The notes under the pieces were generated by a model. It had not been told where the DNA came from. It did not search any database and was given only the letters and a program-made list of their open reading frames with translations. The translations under genes and the position numbers were made by a program. Of a DNA stretch of 64,000 nt, positions 1 through 8,300 are shown one piece after another. The stretch is from assembly GCA_902624765.1 (NCBI GenBank), contig CACNYO010000001.1, positions 95,645 through 159,644 on the forward strand. The letters run 5' to 3'. Position 1 is the stretch's first letter; the number at the start of each line of letters is the position of its first letter. Origin of the DNA: an uncultured SAR86 cluster bacterium (GTDB lineage Bacteria > Pseudomonadota > Gammaproteobacteria > Magnimaribacterales > AG-339-G14).

Positions 1-214
1 CAAGGTGCTTATCAAAAATATCACATGCTGAAACTTCTTTTGCTCCATTTTTTGCGAAATAAATTGCAAGAGGTCCGATTCCGCAACCAAGATCTAGTAT
101 AGATTTATCCCTAAAGTCAGTTAACTTTGCACAATTTTCTGAAATTAAAGTTGGTCTAAATACTTGATCAGAGTAATTTAACTTTATTCCTATAAAATCA
201 AGGATATTATTCAT
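1..214 (-). CDS. class I SAM-dependent methyltransferase, N-terminal part only (gene runs off the left edge of the window)
   Basis: Manual reverse-complement translation from the ATG (complement of 212-214) gives MNNILDFIGIKLNYSDQVFRPTLISENCAKLTDFRDKSILDLGCGIGPLAIYFAKNGAKEV... LDLGCGxGxL is SAM-binding motif I. It is absent from the ORF track because there is no stop inside the window. Confidence 0.65.
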   Translation of the reverse strand, partial: MNNILDFIGIKLNYSDQVFRPTLISENCAKLTDFRDKSILDLGCGIGPLAIYFAKNGAKEVSACDIFDKHL

Positions 215-363
215 AACTAGTTAATAATAAGAATACTTAATTTCACTCAAATATTGATAACTGTCCAATAAAAAATATACATTAGCTTATGAAACCATAC
301 GATCCAAATAATTCTTTTTTATTTTATTAACCTATAAACTGTTATTTTTAAAGTGAGGAAAAT

Positions 364-783
364 ATGCATCCTATAGAAAAATGGCATCTATTAATGAAGT
401 CAAATGATCCAAAAAAATTTGATGAATTATTGGATGAAAACTGTACTTTTTATTCACCTGTTGTTTTTACTCCAATCAAAGGCAGAGAAATGACAAAAAT
501 GTATTTAATGGCTGCTGGTGGTGTTTTTGGAGAAGGACCCACCAAAGGAGAAGAAAGCAAATCTAAGCCTTTTAAGTACATTAAAGAAGTTATTGATAAA
601 AATTCTGCAGTTTTAGAATTCGAGTCAACAATTGATGGAATTTACATAAATGGAATAGATTTAGTTTCTTGGAATGATGAGGGAAAAATTACTGAATTTA
701 AAGTAATCGTAAGACCTCTTCAAGCAGTTAATAAGCTTCATGAGCAAATGCAAAACATGCTTGAAAAGATGAAAACTGCATAA
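364..783 (+). CDS. NTF2/SnoaL-like fold protein (function unknown)
   Basis: 139-aa ORF with a GAGG Shine-Dalgarno at 353-356. Its size and N-terminal pattern (..FDELLDENCTFYSPVVFTPIKG..) resemble SnoaL-like/NTF2 family proteins. No catalytic motif could be assigned. Confidence 0.5.
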   Translation: MHPIEKWHLLMKSNDPKKFDELLDENCTFYSPVVFTPIKGREMTKMYLMAAGGVFGEGPTKGEESKSKPFKYIKEVIDKNSAVLEFESTIDGIYINGIDLVSWNDEGKITEFKVIVRPLQAVNKLHEQMQNMLEKMKTA

Positions 784-788
784 CTAAT

Positions 789-1937
789 TTGTCACAGAAA
801 GTCTCAATCATCGGAGCGGGTATTTCTGGCTTAACTGCGGGGATTTGTCTTTCAAAAAAAAATATTCCCTCAGTCATTTATGAAAGAAACTCTGCAATAT
901 CTGATGTCTCAGCTGGGATAAATTTGTCTCCAAACGCTACAAATCTATTACAAAAAATTGGAGTTCTTGAAGATTTAATCTCCCTAAGTCATCAACCATC
1001 TAAAGTGGTTTTCAGAGATCACGAAGGTAAAAAGATCAGCTCTTATCAAGTTAATAGGGATGATGAAAAGTATTTAACTCTCAATCGAAAAAGACTTATC
1101 GGTTTACTGTATGACAAATATAAAGAGCTCGGCGGTGAAGTTGTTTTCAACAATAAGGTAGAGGATGTTAAAAACAATGATATTACAGCTAAAGATAAAT
1201 CATTCGACGCAGAGTTGATTTTTGGTTGCGATGGAATTAATTCTTCATTACGAACAAAAAAATTTGAGTCTTCTCCTCCTTTATTTTCTGGATTTATAGC
1301 ATGGAGAAGCATTAAGGAATTCTCACTTCCATTTGAAAAAAATGGTGGAGAAGATATAAATTTCTATTTAGGTCCAAACTCACACATCGTTACATATCCA
1401 ATTGGAGAAAATACCTACAGCGCAACGTGCATCATTAAGTCTAGTGATTGGATAAAAGAATCTTGGGTATCAGAGGGAACTAAAAGTCAGTTTCAATCTG
1501 ACTTTAAAGATTGGAATAGTGAATTATTAACTTACCTTGCAGATTCTAAGCTTTACAAATGGGGAATTTTCCAAAGGTCACCTTTAGAGAGCTTTTCTAC
1601 TGATAATATCTTCCTTTTAGGAGACAGTGCTCATGCAATGGTTCCGTTTCTGGGTCAAGGTTCCTGCTTGGCAATTGAAGATAGTTATTGTCTTGTAGAA
1701 ATTTTAGATAAAAAAGAATTTATCTATGATGCAAAAAAAATATTTGATGATTTTAGACTATCAAGATGCAAAAACATCTATAAAAGATCCCTCAGACAAG
1801 CCAAGTTAAATCATATTTCTAATCCATTATTAACTTTTTTAAGAAATAAACTTTTGAATTATCTACCTTTAGCAAATTTTACGGTTCGAGATATTCATAG
1901 CTATGATCTTGATGCAGAGCTAAAAAAAATTATCTAG
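789..1937 (+). CDS. FAD-dependent (class A flavoprotein) monooxygenase, salicylate/3-hydroxybenzoate hydroxylase-like
   Basis: N-terminal dinucleotide fold IIGAGISGLTAG. C-terminal FAD motif LLGDSAHAMVPFLGQGSCLAIEDS. TTG start at 789. Confidence 0.85.
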   Translation: MSQKVSIIGAGISGLTAGICLSKKNIPSVIYERNSAISDVSAGINLSPNATNLLQKIGVLEDLISLSHQPSKVVFRDHEGKKISSYQVNRDDEKYLTLNRKRLIGLLYDKYKELGGEVVFNNKVEDVKNNDITAKDKSFDAELIFGCDGINSSLRTKKFESSPPLFSGFIAWRSIKEFSLPFEKNGGEDINFYLGPNSHIVTYPIGENTYSATCIIKSSDWIKESWVSEGTKSQFQSDFKDWNSELLTYLADSKLYKWGIFQRSPLESFSTDNIFLLGDSAHAMVPFLGQGSCLAIEDSYCLVEILDKKEFIYDAKKIFDDFRLSRCKNIYKRSLRQAKLNHISNPLLTFLRNKLLNYLPLANFTVRDIHSYDLDAELKKII

Positions 1938-2714
1938 TTACCTGGAACCTTGACCATCATCTATTTTGATACATGTACCTGTAACACATTCTGATGATGG
2001 AGATACCAAGAAAAGTAGGGTCGAATCCATTTGCTCTGGAAGTCCAATCCTTTTTCGAGGAAAAGCTTGACTGATATCTCCAACTCTCTCAATCATGCCA
2101 TCCATCATTTCCGAGGAAAAAGCTCCTGGCGCAATTGCATTGACATTAATATTTTTTGCAGACCATTCAACTGCCAAAGCTTCTGACATCCTAACAATAG
2201 CTCTTTTAGTTATGGAATATAAAGATGCTGCAGACTGTGGCGTGGTGTTGTAGGCAGCTATTGATGCAATATTCACCATCCTTCCAGGCATGTTTTTTTC
2301 AATTAATCTTTTTGCTACTTCTATAGAGAGCAGATAAGGCCCAGTTAAATTAGTACCTATAACATTATCGATTAGTTCATCCGATTGTTTTATGGCCCAT
2401 TGAGCGTCAGGAACTCCAGCATTGTTAATCAAGGTATCGATGGTTCCCAACTCAGCTTCAACCGATTGAACTGCAGCTCTGATGCTTTCTCTATCAACCA
2501 TATCAATGGGAACAACCGCACATTCTCCTCCATCACTTCTTATTTCCTCAGCTAAAGCTTCCAATTTTTCAATCCTTCTAGCAGAAATTGCTACTTTGGC
2601 TCCGCATTTTGCTAATACTTTTGCAAACCTATATCCCAAACCTGAGGAAGCTCCTGTCACGAGAGCGACCTGGCCTGATAGATCAATTGAAAAATTTGGT
2701 AACGTATTCTCCAT
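1938..2714 (-). CDS. short-chain dehydrogenase/reductase (SDR) family oxidoreductase
   Basis: Carries VTGASSGLG cofactor motif, NNAG, and the catalytic YSITK (YxxxK). It abuts the stop of the convergent monooxygenase gene with zero spacer. Confidence 0.9.
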   Translation of the reverse strand: MENTLPNFSIDLSGQVALVTGASSGLGYRFAKVLAKCGAKVAISARRIEKLEALAEEIRSDGGECAVVPIDMVDRESIRAAVQSVEAELGTIDTLINNAGVPDAQWAIKQSDELIDNVIGTNLTGPYLLSIEVAKRLIEKNMPGRMVNIASIAAYNTTPQSAASLYSITKRAIVRMSEALAVEWSAKNINVNAIAPGAFSSEMMDGMIERVGDISQAFPRKRIGLPEQMDSTLLFLVSPSSECVTGTCIKIDDGQGSR

Positions 2715-2767
2715 TATTTACTCCTTTTTTCTTTATACTACATTAAATAATAATTCAAAAAGATAGA

Positions 2768-2776
2768 GGGGGGGGG
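2768..2776. repeat. G9 homopolymer (C9 on the minus strand) in the divergent SDR/ICMT intergenic region
   Basis: Read directly: agatagaGGGGGGGGGatcatttATG. The tract ends 7 nt upstream of the ATG at 2784. Confidence 0.9.
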
Positions 2777-2783
2777 ATCATTT

Positions 2784-3467
2784 ATGCTTTGGTTGAAAAC
2801 ATTAATAGGAATCACCGTTCAAGCTTTTTTTCTCGGAACTTTTATATATTTGCCTGCATGGACTTGGTATTGGGAAGATGCGATAACTTGGTTTAGCATT
2901 TTTTACATCATGACATTTTTTTCATGCATCTATTTGCTGATTTATAAGCCTGAAAGCTTAGAAGCAAGATTAAATATGCAACCCAGCAGTCAGCCAAGAG
3001 AAGATAAAATTGCAACTTCCTTAATGGTTTCTGCTATGGCGATAGGACTAATTTTCTCTCCATTAGATGCGTTTCATTTTCAAGTTACACCATCCTTCGA
3101 GGGTATCTTAAAAATATCAGGTTTAGGAATTTATGTAATAGGTTATCTCTTCATATTAGCTTCGATGCTTGCTAACGAATTTGCAGAAATGACAGTAAAT
3201 ATCCAAGACGATAGGGGGCAAAAAGTAATTGATACTGGAGTTTATGCTTATGTACGACACCCAATGTATACAGGGTTTATTTTTTTTATTTTAGGCACAA
3301 ATCTTTGGTTAGGAACTTACCTTTCATTTGGTATCTCGGTAATAGCTCTGACTGTAGGTCTTCATTTCAGAATTCGCATAGAGGAAAAAACACTAATAAA
3401 TGAATTGGACGGCTATCAAGATTATTTAAAAAAGGTAAAATTCAAAGTAATCCCATACATCATATGA
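2784..3467 (+). CDS. isoprenylcysteine carboxyl methyltransferase (ICMT)/phospholipid methyltransferase-family membrane protein
   Basis: Multi-pass hydrophobic protein with the family motif GVYAYVRHPMYTGFIFFILG. Its stop overlaps the next gene's start (ATGA at 3464-3467). Confidence 0.75.
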   Translation: MLWLKTLIGITVQAFFLGTFIYLPAWTWYWEDAITWFSIFYIMTFFSCIYLLIYKPESLEARLNMQPSSQPREDKIATSLMVSAMAIGLIFSPLDAFHFQVTPSFEGILKISGLGIYVIGYLFILASMLANEFAEMTVNIQDDRGQKVIDTGVYAYVRHPMYTGFIFFILGTNLWLGTYLSFGISVIALTVGLHFRIRIEEKTLINELDGYQDYLKKVKFKVIPYII

Positions 3468-5362
3468 TTTCAAAACTAGAACATCCTTTAGAAATGCTAT
3501 CAACAGAGGAAATTTCTCTGGCATATGAAATATATAAATCATCAGAGGGTTATGATAATGCAACTCATTTTAGTCAGATCTCTTTAGTGGAGCCTACAAA
3601 AGAGTTTTTAAAAGATTTTAAAACAGGCGATCCTTTTGAAAGGGAAGTAAAACTTATTGGAAGAGATTCAGTTCTCGACGGGGGTTTTGTAGCAACCATC
3701 AACCTGACTAATAAAACTCTTAATGTCGAAAGAGTGTCAAATTCAGCACAAGTTCAATATACCGTGCAAGATATTTTTACAGCCATGACTCTTCTGAAAG
3801 AACATCCAGATTATCAGGTTGCTATGAAAAAAAGAGGCATTACCGATATGGAAAAGGTGCAAATCGATCCTTGGCCTGCTGGTGGCATTGTTCACGAAAA
3901 CATCAAACAAGGACATCGGGCCCTTAAAGGCATATCCTTTTTTAAGGAGGATGCTGGAGATAATCCATATGCAAAACCCATTAACGGAGTAATCGGTCAC
4001 GTTGATTTAACACTTGGAGAAGTTGTCTGCGTTGAGGATCACGGAGTAGATCCTATTCCAGAAGCCAAATCTAACTACGACGCAGCATCACAAACAATCT
4101 TGAGAGATGAACCAAAAGAAATAAAAATCACCCAACCCGATGGAGTTGGTTTCAGTGTTGATAGAAATAAAATATCCTGGGAAGGTTGGGATGTCAGAGT
4201 TTCCCTAACTCCCGATGAAGGAGTAGTGCTCCATGAACTCTCTTTGAATGATAGGCCGATCTTATTTCGGGCAGCTATGTCAGATATGGTTGTACCCTAT
4301 GGGTCTGCCGATCCCATGCACTCATGGAAAGCAGTCCATGACGGGACTGAATATGGTTTCGGAAGAATGTCAAATTCTCTTTCGTTAGGTTGTGATTGTC
4401 TTGGGGAGATCCATTATTTCAATTCTAGTGGAATATCTTTTGATGGTTCGGTGGAAGTCATAGAAAATGCAATTTGCTTGCATGAAGAGGATTATGGGAT
4501 TCAATGGAAGCATAATGATGGAATGGGGGCTCCTAACGAGGTGCGAAGATCCAGAAGGCTCGTAATCAGCTCGATTTCAACAATAGGTAACTATGATTAC
4601 GGGTTATTTTGGTATCTATATTTAGATGGCACCATTGAAGCAGAGGTTAAACTAACCGGTATTGTTGGTATCAGCTCCTACAACGAAGAGAAACATAACC
4701 CTAATCAAGACTTAAGAATTTCAAAGGAATTGGTTTCCCCAGTTCATCAACATCTTTTCTGCATGCGATTAGACTGGAATTTAGACGGAGGAAATAATCA
4801 ATTATTTGAAAGCGAAATTGAGTTAATGCCTGATGATGATAACAACCCACACGGAATGCAATTTCAATCTGTTTCTACTCACTTAAAAACTGAACATGAA
4901 GCTAAAAGAGATATTTCTCCAGCAACAAGCAGAGTATGGAAAGTAGTTAATCCGAAGAAAAAAAACGGCATGGGTCTACCAGTTGCTTATAAATTATTGC
5001 CAGGAAATACACCTAAAATGCTTGCAAGAGATGATTCTCCGCCAGCTAAAAGAGCCTCTTTTGGAAAACATAACCTTTGGGGGACGCCATTTAACGACGG
5101 TGAGTACGCTGCAGGAGGAGCAAACTCAGTAATGCATTCTGGAGAAGGTGGTCTGGAAGATATTACTTCTGGGGATAGAGATATTAGTAATTGTGATTTA
5201 GTTACTTGGTATACATTTGGAGTAACACACGTTCCAAGACCTGAGGACTGGCCCGTGATGCCTGTAGAATACTGCGGTTTTCATTTGATACCGGTAGGTT
5301 TTTTTGACGAGAACCCAACCATCAATCTACCGCCAAATTGCTCAAGTGATAAAAATAAATAG
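3464..5362 (+). CDS. copper-containing primary amine oxidase (topaquinone enzyme, Arthrobacter AGAO/phenylethylamine oxidase-like, cytoplasmic type)
   Basis: TPQ consensus TIGNYDYGLFWYLYLDG, with the precursor Tyr codon at 4592-4594. Copper His ligands are in HQHLF and WYTFGVTHVPRPEDWP. The protein is collinear with AGAO (about 630 aa) as I recall that sequence. No signal peptide. Confidence 0.93.
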   Translation: MISKLEHPLEMLSTEEISLAYEIYKSSEGYDNATHFSQISLVEPTKEFLKDFKTGDPFEREVKLIGRDSVLDGGFVATINLTNKTLNVERVSNSAQVQYTVQDIFTAMTLLKEHPDYQVAMKKRGITDMEKVQIDPWPAGGIVHENIKQGHRALKGISFFKEDAGDNPYAKPINGVIGHVDLTLGEVVCVEDHGVDPIPEAKSNYDAASQTILRDEPKEIKITQPDGVGFSVDRNKISWEGWDVRVSLTPDEGVVLHELSLNDRPILFRAAMSDMVVPYGSADPMHSWKAVHDGTEYGFGRMSNSLSLGCDCLGEIHYFNSSGISFDGSVEVIENAICLHEEDYGIQWKHNDGMGAPNEVRRSRRLVISSISTIGNYDYGLFWYLYLDGTIEAEVKLTGIVGISSYNEEKHNPNQDLRISKELVSPVHQHLFCMRLDWNLDGGNNQLFESEIELMPDDDNNPHGMQFQSVSTHLKTEHEAKRDISPATSRVWKVVNPKKKNGMGLPVAYKLLPGNTPKMLARDDSPPAKRASFGKHNLWGTPFNDGEYAAGGANSVMHSGEGGLEDITSGDRDISNCDLVTWYTFGVTHVPRPEDWPVMPVEYCGFHLIPVGFFDENPTINLPPNCSSDKNK

Positions 5363-8300
5363 GATAATAAGACCTCATTTTCTTTTTTTTACCTTTTTTT
5401 ATTCTTTTTTTTCATCAAATGCCTTAGCCGATACGGAATGTTTTAATCCCAGCAATATAAACACAGTAGGCCCTGCCGGCACAGTATGCGCTGAAATGTT
5501 GATTGTTAGTAAAGCTATGCTGTTGGAAGCTGAAGAGGTAGGTAATGGATCTGACTTTTCAATTTCTTTTGATGGCACGGACTATACTTTTGGTAATTCG
5601 GCCAACAATGTTTTCACGGGACAAATAACAGATTTCAATTATATTTTTAAAGATAAAACTAACTTTAATGCTGATATTGGTTATTGGGATTTAAGAAATG
5701 CTCTTAGTACCCGTTTTATGTTTCAAAGAGCATCGTCCTTCAATCAAAATATAAATAATTGGAATGTAAGCAATGTAATAAACATGCAAGGTATGTTTCA
5801 TTATGCAACTTCTTTTAATCAAGATTTAAATTCTTGGGACGTTTCAAAAGTTGATAATTTAAGAAGTATTTTTCAATCTGCAAAAGTATTCAATGGAAAT
5901 ATATCCTCATGGAACATATCAAATGTCTGGAATCTTGGATATGCATTTGCATCAGCAGAAGCGTTTAACTCTGATATATCAAACTGGGACACCTCAAAGG
6001 TTACTTACTTTGGAAGGACATTTTTAAGTGCCAAAGAATTTAATCAAGATATAGGTAATTGGGATGTTTCAAAAGTCAGAGATTTTAGAAGAGCTTTCCA
6101 AGGGGCAAGTAAATTTAATCAAGATATAGGTAATTGGGATGTTTCATCTTCTACTTTACTCGCCAGAATGTTTAAGCATGCCTCATCTTTCAATCAAGAT
6201 TTAACTTGTTGGAATGTTAAAAATATTTTATCCGAGCCTGCTGCTTTTGGGGGTGCTTCTAATCTTAGTTCTGAGAATAAACCATATTGGGGCGATGATC
6301 CTTGTTCAAAAAATACAACTTTGGATAACTTAACTGTATCGACAGGAATTCTTTCGCCAGAATTTGATAAAGATGAGCTTAGTTATTCCATTGACTACAA
6401 TAATAGTCAAGAGGAAGTGAATTTTTCTTTTTCTAAAAAACATCCAGGAGCAACTCTAACTGTCAACGATCAGCAGGTACTGAACAACCAATATTCTGAT
6501 AGCCTAAATGTTGGCCTGAATGAATTTAAAATCAAGATAACTTCAGAAGATACATCACTTTCAAAAGAATATACGATTTCTGTAACTCGTGAAGCTGGAC
6601 CCGATATTGTGTCTCCCGAAATAAAAAGTCTTGAGACATCAGAAGACGGTTCTCAAATTATTATTGAGGTAAGTGAGCTGCTTAATGAGCAGTCAATACC
6701 TCCAACTTCAAACTTTAACGTCGTTGTAGATAACCTTTCTTATGAAGTCACAAAAACAATCATTGAGGGTATTAAGATCATTTTATCTGTTTCAAAACCA
6801 ATAACTCGAGAAGCAATTGAAGCTGATAAAAATGTGGTTTTAACTTATTCAGCTCCTACAGATAATTCATCAATTAAGGATTTATCAGACAATGAACTGC
6901 CATCATTCAAAATCAAACAAGTTGATAACAAATCAACGATTGACAACACACCACCAGAATTAGTAGATACTAAGCCTTCTGATGACATGCTTAATGTCTC
7001 AACTCAATCAATATTAAATTTGACTTTCTCTGAGAATATTAACCTTTCATCAGGCTCCATAAGACTATACAAAGGTGATGATCGTAGTAATGAACTGATC
7101 AAAACTTTTGAAGCAAGCCCGTCATCAGGAATGCCTTCGGAAATTAAGGTTTTTGAAAATACTGCAGAAATTTACTTATCCGGATATTTAGAGCTTTCGA
7201 ATAAATATTACTTATTAATTGATTCGGATGTATTTATTGACGACGCTGGAAATAAATACTCTGGAATAAATAAGGAAAATCAATTCAACTTTTCAACTCC
7301 CTCGGTTTTATTACATCAATATGAAGTGGGAGAAGAAGGAACTTCTGGAACAGCAAGTATTTCTGGCATCGCTCAATTTTCTGATGGACAGACTGCAGCT
7401 GGAGTTATGGTTAATTTATATAATAGCCAAAACGTAATTATAAAAACCTCGATTACCGATGATACCGGAAGTTATTTCTTTGATGAACTTTCAGAAGATA
7501 CATATAAAGTTGAATTTGTTGGGAATTCTGACTCAAAACTCAAGGGGCAGGCTGATTCAGGAACCGTAGAAGGGAAATTTGTAACGTCTATAGAGGTTTC
7601 TGAGGGAGAGCAAATCTATGGGATTGACGCCGTCTTAATTGATCCTGCGGGCGTTATTTATGATTCAATCTCTAGACAACCTATTAAGGGAGCAACTGTA
7701 GAGCTTAAGTTCAATGGAAATTTAGTAGATAGCTCATGGCTAGATTTAAATCTCGGCGGTCCCAACTCTCAAATCACAGATTCAGATGGACAATATAACT
7801 TTATTCTAAATTCAAACGCAGAAAGCGGGAAGTATTCAATAAATGTTATTCCAATAGATGGATATAAATTCCCAAGTTTATCAATTCCTGCTGAATTAGA
7901 TGCCTATACTCCTAATTTAGGTGGTGGAATTGAGGAGATTCAGCCTCAAGATGAAGCACCAAGCGGCTCAGATCAGACTACTTACTACTTAGATATTAAT
8001 TTTTCCATCACTAATGAAAGCTCTTCAACTTCAAATGGAATTATCAATAATCATATTCCCTTGGATGAAAGCATACCTCCTCTGATTTCAGGTCCTGGTT
8101 TAGAGGATGGAACAATAAATATAAACGAAGGGGATACGCTAGTAGGAAAATTTTCTTCAAATGAATCTGTGTCATGGAGTTTACGCGGAGAGGATAAAAA
8201 CTTGCTTAATTTTGATGCTGAATCAGGAGACTTAGTTTTTCAGAATGTTACTGATTTTGAAAATCCAAATGATACTGATCTAAATAATGAATATCTTGTG

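Noticed and set aside
5304-5345. ATG at 5304 as the true start of the large surface protein.
   Set aside because: Not rejected outright, but doubtful. It adds 14 residues before the basic n-region and overlaps the amine oxidase by 59 nt. A GTG at 5346 gives MIKINRIIRPHFLFF...SSNALA, a canonical signal peptide. The feature is reported with the ORF-track coordinates.
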